From Candidatus Dadabacteria bacterium (GTDB lineage: Bacteria; Desulfobacterota_D; UBA1144; Nemesobacterales; CSP1-2): a stretch of DNA of 64,000 nt. Both the position numbers and the translations under genes were made by a program. This document shows, piece by piece, positions 61,428-64,000 of this stretch (the first letter of the stretch is position 1; each line of letters opens with the position of its first letter). Where the stretch lies: NCBI GenBank assembly GCA_963805855.1, contig CAWDVW010000002.1, positions 224,001 to 288,000 of the forward strand, read 5' to 3'. Below the pieces are notes generated by a model that had not been told where the DNA came from, ran no database searches, and worked only from the letters and a program-made list of their open reading frames with translations.

Positions 61428-62039
61428 ATGATAATAAAACCCATACTGGATATTACCGAGTACCGCATTCCCTTGGAAATGCAAGACGTACTCAATAACA
61501 CTAATGAATTAGCCTTAGAGATTGGGTTTGGAGACGGCGATTTTCTTATACAGATGGCAAAAGAACGACCGGATTTGAATTATATCGGCATAGAAATTAA
61601 ACGTAGCAGATTCAAAACGGCAGTTAATAATTTGCTGAAACAAGAGATCAGTAATGTAAAGCTTCTCCACATGGATGCAACGATCGCGCTCGATGAAGTA
61701 TTTAAACCGAGTACATTTATTGAGGCTTATATAAATTTCCCGGATCCCTGGCCAAAGGATCGACACAAAAAACACAGGATTATTAATAATCCTTTCCTAG
61801 ATAAGCTATCAACAATCATGAAACCGCGAGGGTTGTTAGAGATAGCCAGTGATCACAGAGATTACATAGAGCATATGCTAACGGTGTTCAATCAAAACAG
61901 TAGATTTAAAAACTCGTTCAAACCCCCTGGTTACACGAACAAACTCACGAACAGACCTTTAACAAAATACGAAATCGAGTATCGGATGGGGGGGCGAGAA
62001 ATTTTTTACCTGCGCTATGCAAATCAGAACAATTCTTAG
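61428..62039 (+). CDS. trmB: tRNA (guanine-N7)-methyltransferase
   Basis: LEIGFGDG, NFPDPWPKDRHKKHR and TKYE. Confidence 0.93.
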   Translation: MIIKPILDITEYRIPLEMQDVLNNTNELALEIGFGDGDFLIQMAKERPDLNYIGIEIKRSRFKTAVNNLLKQEISNVKLLHMDATIALDEVFKPSTFIEAYINFPDPWPKDRHKKHRIINNPFLDKLSTIMKPRGLLEIASDHRDYIEHMLTVFNQNSRFKNSFKPPGYTNKLTNRPLTKYEIEYRMGGREIFYLRYANQNNS

Positions 62040-62295
62040 ATGAATTCCCAACAAATGTATAAAGGAAACCTTTGAGAGTAACTATTCTGACAAATCCATT
62101 TTTATTGTCCATTTTCCTAGTAATATGATAATCACATCATAATGGCCATGACTTCCACTCGATATCGTCCAGATAACTTTTCACTTATTCAAATTCAAAT
62201 ATAAATAATGTAAGATTAAATGAGGTAAGTAGATTTGATCTGATGATAATTAGTGGACGAGCACATACCAATAAATCCAAAGGAGGACCTGACAG

Positions 62296-62562
62296 ATGAT
62301 GCATCTTACAAACACTATTAAACTTTTATCTGTGGTGCTTATTTTAGGCGGTTGCTCTGGTAACCCCCAGGGTGCCGGATACTGGTTTCATATAATATTT
62401 ATATTGTTACCATTAATTATCATCGGTGTATTGCTCCTTAGAAGAATAGAGAGCTTGAATGACTCAATGTTTACAATGGAAGGTCAACTCAAACGACTCT
62501 CAGGCAAGTTAGACACCATTGATGAAAAAATAAAGCAGCCTACGGGAAAGAAAGAAGGCTAA
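62296..62562 (+). CDS. Small membrane protein or lipoprotein
   Basis: RBS AGGAGG, LGGC lipobox, TM helix and coiled coil. Confidence 0.6.
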   Translation: MMHLTNTIKLLSVVLILGGCSGNPQGAGYWFHIIFILLPLIIIGVLLLRRIESLNDSMFTMEGQLKRLSGKLDTIDEKIKQPTGKKEG

Positions 62563-62572
62563 TTGATCTTAT

Positions 62573-63139
62573 TTACCGATTAACGCCTTGCCCTGCAGTG
62601 GATTGTCTTAACACCTGAACTTGATACTTTGGAGGCACAGTTCCTAAGTCATTTGTGACATGCAATACGCCTTCTTCATCGGTCCACCGGTAGATACTCT
62701 CTTGTTTATGTCTACGAGAGGCTGAAGTAGGGGGTTGATTGACAATATCCGCTTGAGTGAAACTATCTTCCGATGCTTGATTGCTCTCGTCAGCACCTTC
62801 TTCCGGAATCTCCTTTTTGGGGCTGTTGACTTCAATATTACTGGGTCGTTTGGTCGTTGTACCAAGAGTACCAGCACTATCTCTGTAATCAACATCTTTA
62901 CTTCCACTCATAGTGGAAAGTCCAAAGGGATTTAGGTTATCACGCGGGGCTACGATGTAGTCGGGGAAATCGGGTTGACCCTGGAGAACGTCCGGGGTTT
63001 GAGATCCGCCACTTGGTGGCTGTGCATTCGGTGATACTATACCTGTTTCACCACTCGTTGATTGAGAAAACGAATTAATTGGCGTGCAGATAGCAACGAC
63101 TATAATAAACAATGAAAAGAATAAGGTTTGCTTAATCAT
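62573..63139 (-). CDS. Exported protein with C-terminal DUF4124-like motif
   Basis: Signal peptide and IYRWTDEEGVLHVTN..VPPKY. Confidence 0.75.
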   Translation of the reverse strand: MIKQTLFFSLFIIVVAICTPINSFSQSTSGETGIVSPNAQPPSGGSQTPDVLQGQPDFPDYIVAPRDNLNPFGLSTMSGSKDVDYRDSAGTLGTTTKRPSNIEVNSPKKEIPEEGADESNQASEDSFTQADIVNQPPTSASRRHKQESIYRWTDEEGVLHVTNDLGTVPPKYQVQVLRQSTAGQGVNR

Positions 63140-63332
63140 AATCTACCTCCTCGGCCTACCGTAACAGTTAATTATACACTTTCACCGTCCATTCTCAACA
63201 GTTCGCTCTTTCACCATTCAGGCTATAAGCCTGTTAACACCCCTTAAAAATTGACAATAAAGTACCTTCTATGTATTATCAAAATCTATCAAAAATGTCT
63301 TACGACCGACATAACGGAGAGGCAACAAGGCT

Positions 63333-64000
63333 ATGATTGTGGTAATGAAAAGTGATGCCAGCGAGGAGCAAATAGAAAACGCTATCTCAACAATACACGA
63401 ACTGGGTTACAGTTCTCATGTCATTCGAGGCATGTTACGAACCGTTATAGGGGTTATAGGAGATGAAAGAGGAAAGCCGCACCATCTTGAAACCTTGGGT
63501 GTTCTAGAAGGGGTAGAAAATGTTGTACCGATACTCCAACCCTATAAACTTGCTAGCAGGGAATTCAATCCTGGAAACACGGTCGTAACAGTTGGCAATG
63601 TGAAGATTGGAAACCAAAAATTACAAGTAATGGCAGGTCCATGCTCGGTAGAGAACGAAGAGCAGATTCTTGAAACCGCAAAACAGGTAAAGGATGCTGG
63701 AGCAACAATTCTAAGGGGTGGCGCTTTTAAACCAAGAACATCACCATATACCTTTCAGGGTCTTGGAGAAGAGGGATTAAAACTTCTTGCAAAAGCCAGG
63801 GATTTGACTGGATTACCAATAGTAACAGAGATTCTTGACTCTGATGATTTAGAAATTGTAACTGAGTACAGCGACATGCTCCAGATTGGTGCAAGAAACT
63901 CACAAAATTACGCCCTGCTCAAACGCGTTGGTAAATCGAACAAACCTATCTTGCTAAAAAGAGGAATGTCTACAACCATAAACGAATTTCTCATGTCTGC
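63333..64000 (+). CDS. aroF: DAHP synthase (class I-beta with N-terminal regulatory domain), runs off the window end
   Basis: Read directly from the sequence: [45 protein letters not shown]. Confidence 0.93.
   Translation, partial: MIVVMKSDASEEQIENAISTIHELGYSSHVIRGMLRTVIGVIGDERGKPHHLETLGVLEGVENVVPILQPYKLASREFNPGNTVVTVGNVKIGNQKLQVMAGPCSVENEEQILETAKQVKDAGATILRGGAFKPRTSPYTFQGLGEEGLKLLAKARDLTGLPIVTEILDSDDLEIVTEYSDMLQIGARNSQNYALLKRVGKSNKPILLKRGMSTTINEFLMS

Overview
Bacterial chromosomal window that looks like a metagenome-assembled genome. Gene content and style suggest a deltaproteobacteria-like lineage such as Ca. Dadabacteria (inference only). The housekeeping flanks carry lysA, a hemD-hemE fusion with hemH and hemY, ethylmalonyl-CoA pathway genes (mcd-like, mcl-like, ecm/meaA), suhB, apt, aroB, trmB and a DAHP synthase. 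Between them lies an accessory tract of about 20 kb (about 21.2-41.6 kb) with no recognisable integrase or transposase. (1) 21.6-27.2 kb: four different type II toxin-antitoxin modules alternate with five copies (two intact, three disrupted) of a short ORF missing from the ORF track, MCDPVLIAAI(L/P)EELGYFDEKK. Its two intact copies differ almost only at synonymous sites, and the region is dense in REP/RPE-like palindromes. (2) 27.4-39.3 kb: an AT-rich tract with a double-HNH protein, a PD-(D/E)XK nuclease, two HEPN-like proteins and orphan ORFs. Most gaps between 30.3 and 36.4 kb hold one of two unnamed repeats: a ~50 bp hairpin (x3) or a ~155 bp inverted-repeat-bounded element with a 15-codon ORF (x3). 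tRNA-Thr(CGT) at 41671 has a 36-bp duplication of its 3' end 930 bp downstream, flanking a DJ-1/PfpI gene. Five single-base frameshifts, one in lysA, suggest assembly indel errors. No CRISPR array or rRNA was seen.
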